From assembly GCA_951813565.1 (NCBI GenBank), contig OX638351.1:1440001-1504000 (forward strand): a stretch of 64,000 nt of DNA, read 5' to 3'. A program made the translations under genes and the position numbers. This DNA is from an uncultured Poribacteria bacterium. Its GTDB lineage: Bacteria > Poribacteria > WGA-4E > WGA-3G. Under the pieces are notes generated by a model. That model saw only the letters and a program-made list of their open reading frames with translations, was not told where the DNA came from and did not search any database. The number at the start of each line of letters is the position of its first letter. Positions within the stretch are counted from its first letter, which is position 1. Shown one piece after another: positions 29,982 to 40,695 of this stretch.

Positions 29982-30357
29982 TTCGTAGGTTGGGTTGAGG
30001 CATGAAACCCATAGGCGTCAATTTAAGAAATAACGCGTTTGTAGTCGCGCAATTCATTGCGCCTCGGACATTCTCTTGTGGGAGGGTTTTGAAAGCCCGA
30101 TTTTGTAACCCTCTACCTGTTATATCCGAATCAGCGCTAAATGCGCTTTTGGCATTTGTCTGGGTTGAAAACCCGCAGCATGCCAAACGCGCATGCTGCG
30201 TTGATTCGCTCCCACAAGAGGATATATTCTTAAACTGACGCCCGCTGAATGCCACAAAGGCATTCATAGCGTTGATTAGGTAGAGTAGAACGAAACCCAA
30301 CTTTGCCATTCTATTGTTAAGTTTGACTGCTCATAATCGCAAATAAAAAATCGAAAC

Positions 30358-31650
30358 ATGGAAAAACAATTCACACTTTTTCCCATAGATACCGAGTTTG
30401 AAGTCCCAAAAGAGAGGACAGCATCTGACGGCGTAACGTTAGTCTCGTTCCGTGAATTAGTGCCTGAAATCGTTGATACCGGCTACTTAACACACGCCAT
30501 CGTATCGTATCCTGCGAAATTTATCCCACAAGTTGTTAGATATGCAATCAACACCTACACAAAGGAAGGGGATTGGATTATTGATCCGTTCGCAGGTTCA
30601 GGAACAGTAGGTGTTGAGGCATATCTGTGCAAACGCAATGCTGTGCTACTGGATCTCAATCTACTTTTGAATCACATTATGCCGCTGAAGATATACCGCG
30701 AAAAAGAACAGTTGCATAAAGAGCATTTATGCAAATTGCTTGACAGCATGAGAGAAAGTAAAAACCACCGTTTTATACCCTCCTGGTCTAATGTCCAATA
30801 CTGGTACGCACCTGAAATCTTGAAATTGCTATCGCACCACTGGGGTTATATCTACAGCATAGAACAAGATGTCTACGCTGCCATTATCAAAACGGCACTG
30901 TTGAAGGTGAGCAAACGTTTCTCTTATACTGAACATAGAACACCAAAATTAGCCAGATCCAAGCGAAAATTAGCTGCTATAGAAGGACTACTCCGCGAAA
31001 ATTGGAAAGACCAGTTAATAGAGATAGTCTACGATCATTCCTTGAAAACGTTAAGAAGTCTCAACGACTTTGTGATGCAGACACAACATCATCAAAATCA
31101 GGTTGATTTTCAGGGAGGCGTTGATTCCTCCTATATTGATGTGCCTCGCGAATGTGACGCATTAATCACATCACCGCCCTATCTCCAAGCACAGGAATAT
31201 ATCCGCTCCACAAAAATGGAACTCTTTTGGTTAGGACATACTGATGAGGAAATAAAGGAATTATCACGTCTTGAAATCCCGTATCGGAAGGCAGATCGTG
31301 TCATTCATACGCCAACATTGGATAAAGTCAGAGACCAACTCTCCCGTCCAGACTTGCATAAACGACTTGACTCCTATTTTTGCCATACGATAAATGCGCT
31401 TGAAAATGCAATGTATCGATTAAAACCGAACGCTGCCGCCTGTATTTTCGTCGGTAATCCGCGTATTGATGGGATAACGGTTGAACTATGGAGAATCTTG
31501 GCAGAATACTTTTCGGAACGCGGATACTTATTTGAAAAAGTTTATGAAGATAGGATTAAAACGCGACAACTGTTCGGTGTGCGGAAGAATAAGAACCCTG
31601 ATGGCATGAAGTCAGAATTTTTGTTGATTTTGAGAAAGATGACTGTTTGA
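30358..31650 (+). CDS. Amino DNA methyltransferase, alpha-type motif order (likely N4-cytosine), orphan
   Basis: YPAKFIPQ, IIDPFAGSGT precedes ITSPPY. Confidence 0.85.
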   Translation: MEKQFTLFPIDTEFEVPKERTASDGVTLVSFRELVPEIVDTGYLTHAIVSYPAKFIPQVVRYAINTYTKEGDWIIDPFAGSGTVGVEAYLCKRNAVLLDLNLLLNHIMPLKIYREKEQLHKEHLCKLLDSMRESKNHRFIPSWSNVQYWYAPEILKLLSHHWGYIYSIEQDVYAAIIKTALLKVSKRFSYTEHRTPKLARSKRKLAAIEGLLRENWKDQLIEIVYDHSLKTLRSLNDFVMQTQHHQNQVDFQGGVDSSYIDVPRECDALITSPPYLQAQEYIRSTKMELFWLGHTDEEIKELSRLEIPYRKADRVIHTPTLDKVRDQLSRPDLHKRLDSYFCHTINALENAMYRLKPNAAACIFVGNPRIDGITVELWRILAEYFSERGYLFEKVYEDRIKTRQLFGVRKNKNPDGMKSEFLLILRKMTV

Positions 31651-31774
31651 TAGCGATTTTTGTTTGTTTCCACAAGGAGGCAAAACGATGAGAATCTTAG
31701 TTTGCATCCTCCTGCCAATTTTGACGTTGTACTTGTCAAATGGACACAAGATAGAATTTGAATTTAACACTTAC

Positions 31775-31804
31775 TTGACATTTGATGCTGATCTATACTA
31801 AAAT
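31775..31804 (+). promoter_or_regulatory. Putative sigma70 promoter of the ssp operon
   Basis: TTGACA-N18-TAAAAT. Confidence 0.5.
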
Positions 31805-31852
31805 AGTAAGAGAGGTTTAGGAAAATTAACAGAATAATACAATTATACTTTT

Positions 31853-32791
31853 ATGGGAGCAAAAATTATGGGGTTTAGGTTCACAGGACACGAAACTTTT
31901 CCATGCCGATACCCTTGGCTACCCAAAGCAGTTGCCGCCCTAAAAGAACAACCAAGTTTATTTAAAGATATAGACAATGCTATAGTCCGACTTGGTGTTG
32001 GTAAACAAATGGCCAGATCGATAAGATTTTGGGTGGAAGCCGCAAAGTTCGTTAAAAAGCAGGAAAAGGGTGATTTTAAAATCAGTAAATTGGGTAGAAA
32101 GTTGTTTGTTGAAGAAAAATATGATCCGTATTTAGAAGATATCCAAACCCTTTGGCTTATTCATTGGAATTTTTCAACTCACCTTGAGAGTCCTATTTTT
32201 GCCTGGGACTTCCTTATGAATCGGTGGCAAGATCCTGAGATTTTTGCGGAGACTGTAATTCAAACTTTTAAAAAAGAAGCAGATTTACAAGGTCGAAAAT
32301 TATCATGGGCGACACTTAAACAGCATTTCAATATTTTTCTTCATACCTATGTGCCAACGCGCGGAAAAAAAGTAGCCGTACTTGAAGACAATCTTGATTG
32401 CCCTTTGATTGAACTGAATTTGATTCGTCAGGTTGGTGAAAGAGTTTCAGGTGGTAACGGAAAACGCGAACCAATTTATGCTTTCAATCGTGAACCGAAA
32501 TCGCAAATTAGTCAACAACTTTTTTTCTATTGCCTAAACGATTTTTGGGAAACCTATCATTCTAAAGAGCAATCTTTGCAGTTTCGCCAAATTGCTTCTG
32601 GACATGGCAGCCCAGGCCAGATTTTTAAGTTTTCAGAAGTAGAAATTCGCATTCGTTTAGAAGATATCAAAGAATTAACGGATGGCGCAATGAGTTTTCG
32701 AGAATCGGTGAATCAGAGGGTCATTGAAAAAAACGATAAGAAAATTAAATCAGAAGATTTGTTAGACGCTATTTACGCAGAGGAAATTTAG
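31853..32791 (+). CDS. sspB: DUF4007 protein, SspB-like nickase
   Basis: FTGHETF..WLPK, LGVGKQMARSIRFW, YDPYLED..TLWLIHW, CPLIELNLI; operon context. Confidence 0.85.
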   Translation: MGAKIMGFRFTGHETFPCRYPWLPKAVAALKEQPSLFKDIDNAIVRLGVGKQMARSIRFWVEAAKFVKKQEKGDFKISKLGRKLFVEEKYDPYLEDIQTLWLIHWNFSTHLESPIFAWDFLMNRWQDPEIFAETVIQTFKKEADLQGRKLSWATLKQHFNIFLHTYVPTRGKKVAVLEDNLDCPLIELNLIRQVGERVSGGNGKREPIYAFNREPKSQISQQLFFYCLNDFWETYHSKEQSLQFRQIASGHGSPGQIFKFSEVEIRIRLEDIKELTDGAMSFRESVNQRVIEKNDKKIKSEDLLDAIYAEEI

Positions 32792-32794
32792 TTT

Positions 32795-35700
32795 TTGAAT
32801 AAAACAATAGCTGATATATTTCATATTAACCAACGTTTCTTGCGCTCAACGCACCTTGAACGGGATTTTTCAAATCCTGACGGTTGCCAAGGGTACATAC
32901 CTACAGAATTTACCAGATCTTGTTTGGAGCGTTTGGCCGAAGGGTTGAAAACGAATTCTCCAAGTCGAGCATGGCGGTTAACTGGGGATTATGGGACCGG
33001 AAAATCAAGTTTTGCTTTGGTATTGGCCCACCTATTTTCGGGGCATCAAAATGGAGTATGCAAAAATCTACGGGAGTCCATTAAGATCAAAAATTCTTGC
33101 CTTAACGGAACAGGTCTTACACCGATTTTGGTAACTGGTAACCGATCATCTTTGAAGGATGCTCTCCAATCAGCTTTGCAAAAATCCATTGATAATGTTA
33201 CTGGGAATTCTAAGGCAAAACTTCCGACTCAGCTGCAGCGGATCGTAGAAATTTCAAATGAGGACATGTCTTCGCCTGTTAGTTATTCATTATTTCCTGG
33301 TGAATTGGACGAAATTTCAAGTATTGGAGATAAAGATATTGTTGAGGCGTTCATTGAGTTTAGTCATTTTGTCAAAGCGAAATCCAAGAGATCAGGAGTT
33401 CTTCTTATTCTGGATGAATTGGGTAAATTCCTTGAATTTGCAGCAATGTATCCTGATCGTCAAGATATTTACCTATTGCAACAATTGGCTGAAGCAGCTT
33501 CACGCAGCGGCGATACGCCTTTATTTGTTTTAGGGCTTTTACATCAAGGTTTCAGTGCTTATGCGGATAATCTGGACGTAACATCTAAACAAGAATGGGA
33601 AAAAGTTGCTGGAAGATTTGAAGAAATACTTTTCAATCAACCTCTTGATCAAATTGTCCATCTACTATCATCTGCTTTGGAGATTCAGACACAAGATGTG
33701 TTTAAGGAAAAACAAAACGAAGCAAGATCTCAAATGAGGTATGCCCTTAAGCATGGATGGTACGGACCTGTCCCATTAAAAGATGAGTTGTTAAATAAAG
33801 CGGCGCAATTCTTTCCGTTAGGGCCTCTGACAGTTCCTGTTATCGTGCGTACGATGCATCGTTTTGGACAGAACGAAAGATCTTTGTTTAGTTTTCTTCA
33901 ATCCTCAGAACCATTCGGTCTACAAGCCTACGCTTCACAACAACCTCTTAGAGGTGCTGGGTTATACCAAATTCATAATTTCTACGATTATGTTCGAGCA
34001 AATCTGAGCCATTCGCTTAACCTCACGAACATGCAGACCCATTGGAGTGTGGTTGATTCGGTTATTTCCAGTTATATACCTAATGATAATTTAGAAATGG
34101 AAGTACTCAAAACAGTAGGTGTGTTAAACCTACTGAATGCCAATGACCTAATACCCACTGAGGAACTTGTGATTCAGGCGGTAAAATCACGTAAGAAACC
34201 GTCTCGTCGTGTCAGTGAAGTAATAGATATTCTGAAACATAAAAAACGCGTGCTATATGATCGAGGTATTGCTGGCGGTTTATGTCTTTGGCCGCATACC
34301 AGTGTGGATTTGAACGCTGCTTATAAAAACGCAGAACGGGCAATAGCAGATATTGGACCAGTAAGTGAAAGAATTAAAACCTATCTTGATTCGAGACCAA
34401 TCGTTGCTCGCAGACACTATATAGAAACAGGAAATTTAAGGCATTTTGAAATCCAGTATTTATCTGGTTCTGAATTTGTCCAATCCACACTTTCCTTGAA
34501 TGAAGGTGTGGATGGAAAAATTATCATCGTTCTATGTGATTCACGGCAAGAGCGGCAGCAAGCATTACAAGAGGCTAAATCTGCTAATCATCCCCAAGTG
34601 ATTGTTGCTATTCCTGATCCGTTGCATAATATCGCTGACTATCTTCGGGATATTTTGTGCTGGGAATGGGTTGGCAAAAACACATTAGAACTTAATTCTG
34701 ACCGTTATGCAAGTGAAGAAGTATTACGCCAGCGTGATGCTGCCCATATACGCCTTAGGAAACGAATCTCGGACTTAATTGATCTCCGTAACTATTCAGG
34801 AAATATAAATTTTAATTGGTTTTCCGAAGGGGAACAGTTACCGATTTCTACAGGTAAAAAACTTTTAAAACATCTTTCAAAAATTTGTGACCAAGTTTTT
34901 GATCAAGCTCCCAGAGTTCAAAATGAACTTGTTAATAGACAGAACTTGAGTTCTGCTGCGTCCGGTGCCCGAATGAGATTGATTAGGGCAATGCTTGAAA
35001 GCGAATCTAAACCTAACTTAGGAATGCAAGACGATAAACGTCCTCCTGATATGTCAATGTACCTTTCGATTTTAAAGCAGGGAAATATTCACGTTGAAGG
35101 GGAAAAGACATGGTATATTCAAGAACCTCCGTCCGATGTTGATCTATGCCATATCTTACCGGTACTCAGACATATTGAGGACATATTGAAATCTGCGTTG
35201 GATAAAAAAGTTCCTGTGAAAGAACTATTTGCAGAACTCAGAAAACCTCCATACGGGGTTCGGGATGGTTTAAGACCGCTGCTGTTGGCGATTTACTATG
35301 TTGCACATCGACAGGAAATTGCAATCTTTGAAGATGGCACCTTTTTGCGTGAGGTGAGAGGGGATGATTTTTACCGCCTAATCAGAGCACCAGAGTACTT
35401 TGAAATCCAACATAGTGCGATTGAAGGTATCCGCGCATCGGTTTTTGATCAGTTGATTCAGGTACTTGAGATTCCGCAAACATCAGGTAAACAGGATTCA
35501 CGAATTCTTGATGTTGTGCTGCCTTTATGTAACTTTGTTGCACAACTTCCGGAATATGTTCATAAGACAAAGAAACTATCTCCGGAGGCCATCGCTGTTC
35601 GTGAAAAACTCATGTCAGGTGCGGAACCTGCACCACTACTTTTTCGGGATTTACCGATTGCTTATGGTGAGGTGCCATTTGATATAACCCAACCTATTGA

Positions 35701-36334
35701 CGACAGTCAAGTCCAAGAGTTTGCCGAGGGAATCAAATTTTATCTGGCTGAGCTTAAGAACGCTTACACAGAATTGCTTGAACGCATAAAAAATGCTATT
35801 TTTCAAGCGTTTGAGGAGGGTTGCAATACAGAAGGAAGAAACTCAATCGCAAGACGTGCTGATAATTTGTGGGGAATGGTGAGTGAATACCAACTCAAAG
35901 CTTTCTGTGGTCGTTTAAAAGATAAGAAACTTTCTGATACAAAATGGATTGAATCAATTGCTAATTTGGTTATTTCAGATTCCCCTTCATCCTGGGGTGA
36001 TTCTGATGAAAACGTGTTTCAATATGAATTAGCAGCTTTAGTAACAAGGTTTAAACACGTCGAACGCATCTATCACGCAGCGAAAAATATTCCTGAAAAT
36101 AACAGTGGAATTCTCCTCTTAGTTACACAAGCGGAGGGCAATGAACATGGAGAAGTCGTGTACTCTCTTCCGCAAGAAGATCCGAAGTTAGTGAATATTG
36201 AAGAAGAAATTCAGAGTTTGCTGAGTACTCACGACCGTCGTTTAAGCTTAGCAGCTATTGCCCGTGTGCTTTACAGTGAACTCAGCGATAATGTAAAGAA
36301 ACCTGATAAGAAAGAAACCGATAAGGAGAACTAA
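32795..36334 (+). CDS. sspC: Large P-loop ATPase, SspC-like
   Basis: GDYGTGKS, LILDELGKFLE, EWEKVAGRF, QNERSLFSFL, PPYGVRDG. Confidence 0.8.
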   Translation: MNKTIADIFHINQRFLRSTHLERDFSNPDGCQGYIPTEFTRSCLERLAEGLKTNSPSRAWRLTGDYGTGKSSFALVLAHLFSGHQNGVCKNLRESIKIKNSCLNGTGLTPILVTGNRSSLKDALQSALQKSIDNVTGNSKAKLPTQLQRIVEISNEDMSSPVSYSLFPGELDEISSIGDKDIVEAFIEFSHFVKAKSKRSGVLLILDELGKFLEFAAMYPDRQDIYLLQQLAEAASRSGDTPLFVLGLLHQGFSAYADNLDVTSKQEWEKVAGRFEEILFNQPLDQIVHLLSSALEIQTQDVFKEKQNEARSQMRYALKHGWYGPVPLKDELLNKAAQFFPLGPLTVPVIVRTMHRFGQNERSLFSFLQSSEPFGLQAYASQQPLRGAGLYQIHNFYDYVRANLSHSLNLTNMQTHWSVVDSVISSYIPNDNLEMEVLKTVGVLNLLNANDLIPTEELVIQAVKSRKKPSRRVSEVIDILKHKKRVLYDRGIAGGLCLWPHTSVDLNAAYKNAERAIADIGPVSERIKTYLDSRPIVARRHYIETGNLRHFEIQYLSGSEFVQSTLSLNEGVDGKIIIVLCDSRQERQQALQEAKSANHPQVIVAIPDPLHNIADYLRDILCWEWVGKNTLELNSDRYASEEVLRQRDAAHIRLRKRISDLIDLRNYSGNINFNWFSEGEQLPISTGKKLLKHLSKICDQVFDQAPRVQNELVNRQNLSSAASGARMRLIRAMLESESKPNLGMQDDKRPPDMSMYLSILKQGNIHVEGEKTWYIQEPPSDVDLCHILPVLRHIEDILKSALDKKVPVKELFAELRKPPYGVRDGLRPLLLAIYYVAHRQEIAIFEDGTFLREVRGDDFYRLIRAPEYFEIQHSAIEGIRASVFDQLIQVLEIPQTSGKQDSRILDVVLPLCNFVAQLPEYVHKTKKLSPEAIAVREKLMSGAEPAPLLFRDLPIAYGEVPFDITQPIDDSQVQEFAEGIKFYLAELKNAYTELLERIKNAIFQAFEEGCNTEGRNSIARRADNLWGMVSEYQLKAFCGRLKDKKLSDTKWIESIANLVISDSPSSWGDSDENVFQYELAALVTRFKHVERIYHAAKNIPENNSGILLLVTQAEGNEHGEVVYSLPQEDPKLVNIEEEIQSLLSTHDRRLSLAAIARVLYSELSDNVKKPDKKETDKEN

Positions 36335-36338
36335 AACA

Positions 36339-37148
36339 GTGCCTCAAAAAGATCGTCATATTCTCAGTCTTTCAGGTGGAAAAGACAGTACCGCATTAGC
36401 TATCTATCTACGTGACGATGTTCCCGACATGGAATACATCTTTCACGATACTGGCAAAGAACTGCCTGATACATATAAATATCTCAAACGCCTGCAAGCG
36501 TATTTAGGCGTAGAGATTCAAAAGACTACCAAACATACAAGTTTTGACAAGATGTTAAGGGCGTATGGAGGTATGCTGCCTTCCAACCACCGCCGGTGGT
36601 GTACCAGAATGTTAAAATTAAAACCTTTTGAGGATTATGTTGGTGATGATCCAGTCGTAAACTATGTTGGACTTCGAGCTGACGAAGACAGAATTGGCTA
36701 TATCAGTCACAAACCCAATATTAAGGTAGTCTATCCATTTCAAGATGATGGAAAAGTTTATGAGGATATAATTAAGATTTTAGAAGACTCAGGTTTGGGG
36801 ATGCCTCCCTACACTGATTGGGGGCGTACTCACTCGGGCTGCTTTTTCTGTTTTTATCAACAAAAAATTGAGTGGGTCAGATTAAAACAGACATATCCTG
36901 GACTTTTTGAAGAGGCAAAAGCTTACGAAAAACCTAACAAGATCAATGGAAATATTTTTTATTGGAATCAGGACGAATCACTTGAAGAACTTGAGCAACC
37001 TGAACGTATGGCAGAAATCATTTCTAACTGGGAAAAGACACAAAAAAGATTGAAAGCCAAACGAAAGAATAGACCGTTAGTATCTGTGTTAGCTGGATAT
37101 GAGTCTGAGGATGAAGAAGATAGAAGTTGTTTAATGTGTTTTTTATAG
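36339..37148 (+). CDS. sspD: PAPS reductase-family protein, SspD-like
   Basis: SGGKDS PP-loop, RWCTRMLK, SGCFFCFYQ, C-terminal CLMC. Confidence 0.85.
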   Translation: MPQKDRHILSLSGGKDSTALAIYLRDDVPDMEYIFHDTGKELPDTYKYLKRLQAYLGVEIQKTTKHTSFDKMLRAYGGMLPSNHRRWCTRMLKLKPFEDYVGDDPVVNYVGLRADEDRIGYISHKPNIKVVYPFQDDGKVYEDIIKILEDSGLGMPPYTDWGRTHSGCFFCFYQQKIEWVRLKQTYPGLFEEAKAYEKPNKINGNIFYWNQDESLEELEQPERMAEIISNWEKTQKRLKAKRKNRPLVSVLAGYESEDEEDRSCLMCFL

Positions 37149-37191
37149 TACTAAACCGTACTTAGAATAATAACGTATTGGGAGGAATGTA

Positions 37192-39525
37192 GTGGAAAAG
37201 AATAAGACATTTGGGGCAGAATCTAAAAGGACTTGGGATGTACTTGATCGCAGCATTGGGTTTTATATTCCACCTTACCAACGTCAATATGATTGGGATA
37301 AAAGACATATTACACGTCTTTTTGAAGATATTAATCACGGATTAATGGAACTGTTACGTAACGAAAAGAAGGATTCAATTACCTTTATTGGCACATTGAT
37401 TGTAATCGACGATACACGACCTGAAACAATTGCGCCAAATATCTCTAATTCAAACCTTCCGGGAAATGGTAATATTCAATCAGTTGTTGATGGGCAACAA
37501 CGGCTTACTACCATTCTATTGATGAATATTTGTCTCCATGATGAAATAAATAGACGTAGAAATAAGCTTGAAGAGAAAAAAGAAGGTAAACCAGCATTTG
37601 AGTGGTTATATGATAGGATAGTTAATGTATGTCCTAATCTACAAGAAACATTTGAAGAAGATAAGAGGCGTGGGGACGGTGTGTACAAATGGCAACCCCG
37701 TATGATCCGGGCATATACTGATTCATGGTCTTGTTTTCAACACGAAGCGAGATATGAATCACCGATTGCGGCGTTTATTCATGGTTATTCAAAACGCATT
37801 CATAATGACGATGAGAACTCAATGAACGAACCTTACTCTGGGGATAGTTATATTGATAGTAAAGATGTTTTGTGGAAGAATAATGTGGAGATACAAAAAC
37901 TGATTAAGATGATTTCAGGGCAAGTCAAAAAGGATCTAAAGATACTTCCTCTAAAACAGGTTGCGGCAGATCCTGATTTTCAAAAAGTAATATTGGAGGA
38001 AGAATTTCCAGAAGAAGTATGTAATATTTTATCTAACGAAGGGCATGATGATTTCAAGGAATTAATCCGTCTAGTTTTCTTTGCCAATTTTTTGATGTAT
38101 AAGGTATGGGTTACAGTTGTATCAGCACCGGGTGCTTATGCTTATAGTATATTTGAATCTTTAAACACTACTGGAGAGCCGCTTACAGTATTAGAAACTT
38201 TTAGGCCTAAGATAATAGAATTTGAGGGACCAGACAATTATGAAAATTCGGATTCCCGGACGTATATGGGGGCCGTTGAAGAATATTTGAAGCGATTTAC
38301 TACTGCAAAAACAAGACAAAAGGAAACCTATAACTTGCTACGACCTTTTGCCCTTGCTGAATCTGGTAAAAAACTTCTTTCAGATCCTGTCGATCAGAGA
38401 CAGTATATGAGGAACCAATACGAAAGTCTAACAAACGAAGAAAAGCGTGACTTTGTTAGAAATTTGAGCCATGTAGCAAATTTCATGTCAAAGGTATGGA
38501 AGAAAGAAGGGAGTGCATTTTCAGATATAATAGAATTCACCGAGGAGTCCAGGAGGAGTGTAGTCTTAATGTGTATGGGAGTTCTTGGAAAAGCTAACCC
38601 TATTACAATCGGACCTTTAACCCGGTTTTATTCCCAAGTGTTATTAGCGCATCCGGATACGCGTTCCAAAGCTGTTGATGAGTTGGAAGGAGCTGTAAAA
38701 GCAATGACAGCTTTTTTTGCATTATGGCGCGGGATTGGAAAAACAACAGGAACTCTCGCTGACCAATATAAAGATTTAATGGATAAAGGATTTGATGAGG
38801 TAGGGATTAAACCTTTCTCTAGGTGTCCACGCGAGGAAAAAGCAATAGAGTTTTTAACTGCTGCAGAATTACGAAAAGCTTTAAGGTATATTTTGAGTAG
38901 AGGTAGAACTTTAGCAATCACATCCAAAAAAGAGTGGGTAAGACTTACAGCTGAAAGACCAGTCTATGATATTTCAAAACCATTGGCCCGATTTTTGCTT
39001 TTTGCGTCAGCCCATGATACAGTTGAAGATGACAGTGATTCTGAACTTCAGAAGGCAGGGGTACAAGGAACCATGGACATGCTCACCTGGAACAAATGGA
39101 GTGATGATTTAACCATTGAACATGTTGCCCCACAAGAACCTGATCCTGATCAAGACGATTGGCCAAAATCTTTATATGAAAACCCTGTTATCTTAAATTA
39201 TTTAGGAAACTTGACACTCTTACCTACTGCTGTGAATTCTTCATTTAATAACAAGGCATGGCAAAAGAAGAAGAAAATGTACCATGTTTTATCTGGACTT
39301 ACGTCGGAGGAACGAGAAGCACGATTGGTAGACGCAAGACGGAATGGTGTAGAGTTACCAGAGAGTACGGAAGAAATTTTGCGTTCAGGAAAGTACTTCC
39401 CCCATCTTGCGACTATTTGCAACGTTGAAAAATGGGACGAAGAGCTTGTTCGAAAACGGACTAAAAGATTGGCAGAGTTGGTATGGACAAATATCTCCGC
39501 ATGGTTAGGATTTGATGAAGAATAA
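37192..39525 (+). CDS. sspE: DUF262 plus DUF1524 (HNH) protein, SspE-like effector
   Basis: IPPYQRQYDW, VDGQQRLTT, FESLNTTG, TIEHVAPQ, LGNLTLL..VNSS. Confidence 0.85.
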   Translation: MEKNKTFGAESKRTWDVLDRSIGFYIPPYQRQYDWDKRHITRLFEDINHGLMELLRNEKKDSITFIGTLIVIDDTRPETIAPNISNSNLPGNGNIQSVVDGQQRLTTILLMNICLHDEINRRRNKLEEKKEGKPAFEWLYDRIVNVCPNLQETFEEDKRRGDGVYKWQPRMIRAYTDSWSCFQHEARYESPIAAFIHGYSKRIHNDDENSMNEPYSGDSYIDSKDVLWKNNVEIQKLIKMISGQVKKDLKILPLKQVAADPDFQKVILEEEFPEEVCNILSNEGHDDFKELIRLVFFANFLMYKVWVTVVSAPGAYAYSIFESLNTTGEPLTVLETFRPKIIEFEGPDNYENSDSRTYMGAVEEYLKRFTTAKTRQKETYNLLRPFALAESGKKLLSDPVDQRQYMRNQYESLTNEEKRDFVRNLSHVANFMSKVWKKEGSAFSDIIEFTEESRRSVVLMCMGVLGKANPITIGPLTRFYSQVLLAHPDTRSKAVDELEGAVKAMTAFFALWRGIGKTTGTLADQYKDLMDKGFDEVGIKPFSRCPREEKAIEFLTAAELRKALRYILSRGRTLAITSKKEWVRLTAERPVYDISKPLARFLLFASAHDTVEDDSDSELQKAGVQGTMDMLTWNKWSDDLTIEHVAPQEPDPDQDDWPKSLYENPVILNYLGNLTLLPTAVNSSFNNKAWQKKKKMYHVLSGLTSEEREARLVDARRNGVELPESTEEILRSGKYFPHLATICNVEKWDEELVRKRTKRLAELVWTNISAWLGFDEE

Positions 39526-39543
39526 TTAAACAAAACACGCATT

Positions 39544-40695
39544 ATGAAAACTGTTTACGCGGACAACAACGCCACAACCTCTGTTGACTCTGAAGTGATG
39601 GAGGCAATGATGCCCTACATCACAAAGGGATTTTACAATCCAAGTGCGATCAGTGGTCGCATATATGGGATTGACAAAGCCATAGCAAAATCAAGGCGGA
39701 CAGTGGCAGAATTCTTAGGGGCTTCAGATGCAAAAGAGATTGTCTTTACTTCTTGTGCGACTGAAAGCAATAATTGGGCGATTTTCGGTGCGGCTCGCGC
39801 AAATCCTGAGCGTCAACACATTATCACATCCGAAGTAGAGCACTCATCCGTTTTAGAAACTTGCAAATCACTATGTAAAAGTGGGTATGATGTTTCATTT
39901 CTCAACGTAGATAGTGACGGCAACCTGAACGTAGATGAGTTAATGGACTCCATTCGCCCTGATACGCTTTTGGTCACGTTAATGGCGGCAAACAATGAAA
40001 CAGGGGTTATATTTCCTATAGACCACTTATCTACGGTAGTTAAAGAACGAAATCCAAACATTATATTTCATACGGATGCCACACAATACGTTGGCAAGTT
40101 ACCAATTAATCTTAACCAAGTTTTTGAACATATTGATCTGCTATCCTTTTCCGCTCATAAGTTTCACGGTCCAAAAGGTATAGGTGGACTTTTCATTCGT
40201 AAAGGTACAAGGCTAGTGCCACTTCTATATGGTGGCAATCAAGAGAATGGACGTAGGAGTGGAACGGAAAATGTGTCTGGTATAATCGGACTTGCCAAAG
40301 CCTGTGAATTAGCTGATGACAACATCTACAATTTGCAAAGTGTTCAGGCATTACGCGATCAATTGGAAAAAGAATTACTGAAGTTGTTTCCTTCTGCTTT
40401 AGTAAATGGTGGAAATGCAAACCGCTTGCCTAATACACTGAATATCGCATTCAGAGATATGGATAGCGAAACACTTCTACACCAACTTTCACTGCATGGT
40501 GTTTACGCTTCAAATGGTTCGGCATGTTCCACTGGCTCTCTGAATTATTCTCACGTTCTTTCAGCAATGGATATGCCGTATGATTACATTGCTGGTAGTA
40601 TCAGATTTAGTTTTAGTCGCTTAAATAGTTCAGAAGATGTGGAAATAATAATAGAGACAATGAAACAGATAAAGTCAGGACTATTTAGCGTATAA
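39544..40695 (+). CDS. sspA: Cysteine desulfurase (IscS/DndA-like), SspA
   Basis: YADNNATT, HTDATQ, SAHKFHGPKG (PLP Lys), SNGSAC (catalytic Cys); 18 nt after sspE. Confidence 0.85.
   Translation: MKTVYADNNATTSVDSEVMEAMMPYITKGFYNPSAISGRIYGIDKAIAKSRRTVAEFLGASDAKEIVFTSCATESNNWAIFGAARANPERQHIITSEVEHSSVLETCKSLCKSGYDVSFLNVDSDGNLNVDELMDSIRPDTLLVTLMAANNETGVIFPIDHLSTVVKERNPNIIFHTDATQYVGKLPINLNQVFEHIDLLSFSAHKFHGPKGIGGLFIRKGTRLVPLLYGGNQENGRRSGTENVSGIIGLAKACELADDNIYNLQSVQALRDQLEKELLKLFPSALVNGGNANRLPNTLNIAFRDMDSETLLHQLSLHGVYASNGSACSTGSLNYSHVLSAMDMPYDYIAGSIRFSFSRLNSSEDVEIIIETMKQIKSGLFSV

Noticed and set aside
29866..30309. ORFs on both strands between cytochrome b and the MTase
   Set aside because: They consist of REP and hairpin elements.
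31853..37148. BREX type 4 or classical DndABCDE
   Set aside because: No PglZ/BrxL and no DndB/D/E are present; a DGQQR/HNH effector plus desulfurase fits Ssp.
36339..40695. Sulfate assimilation (cysH) or Fe-S assembly (iscS) housekeeping genes
   Set aside because: No cys/isc/suf neighbours; both genes are embedded in the DUF4007-ATPase-DUF262 operon.
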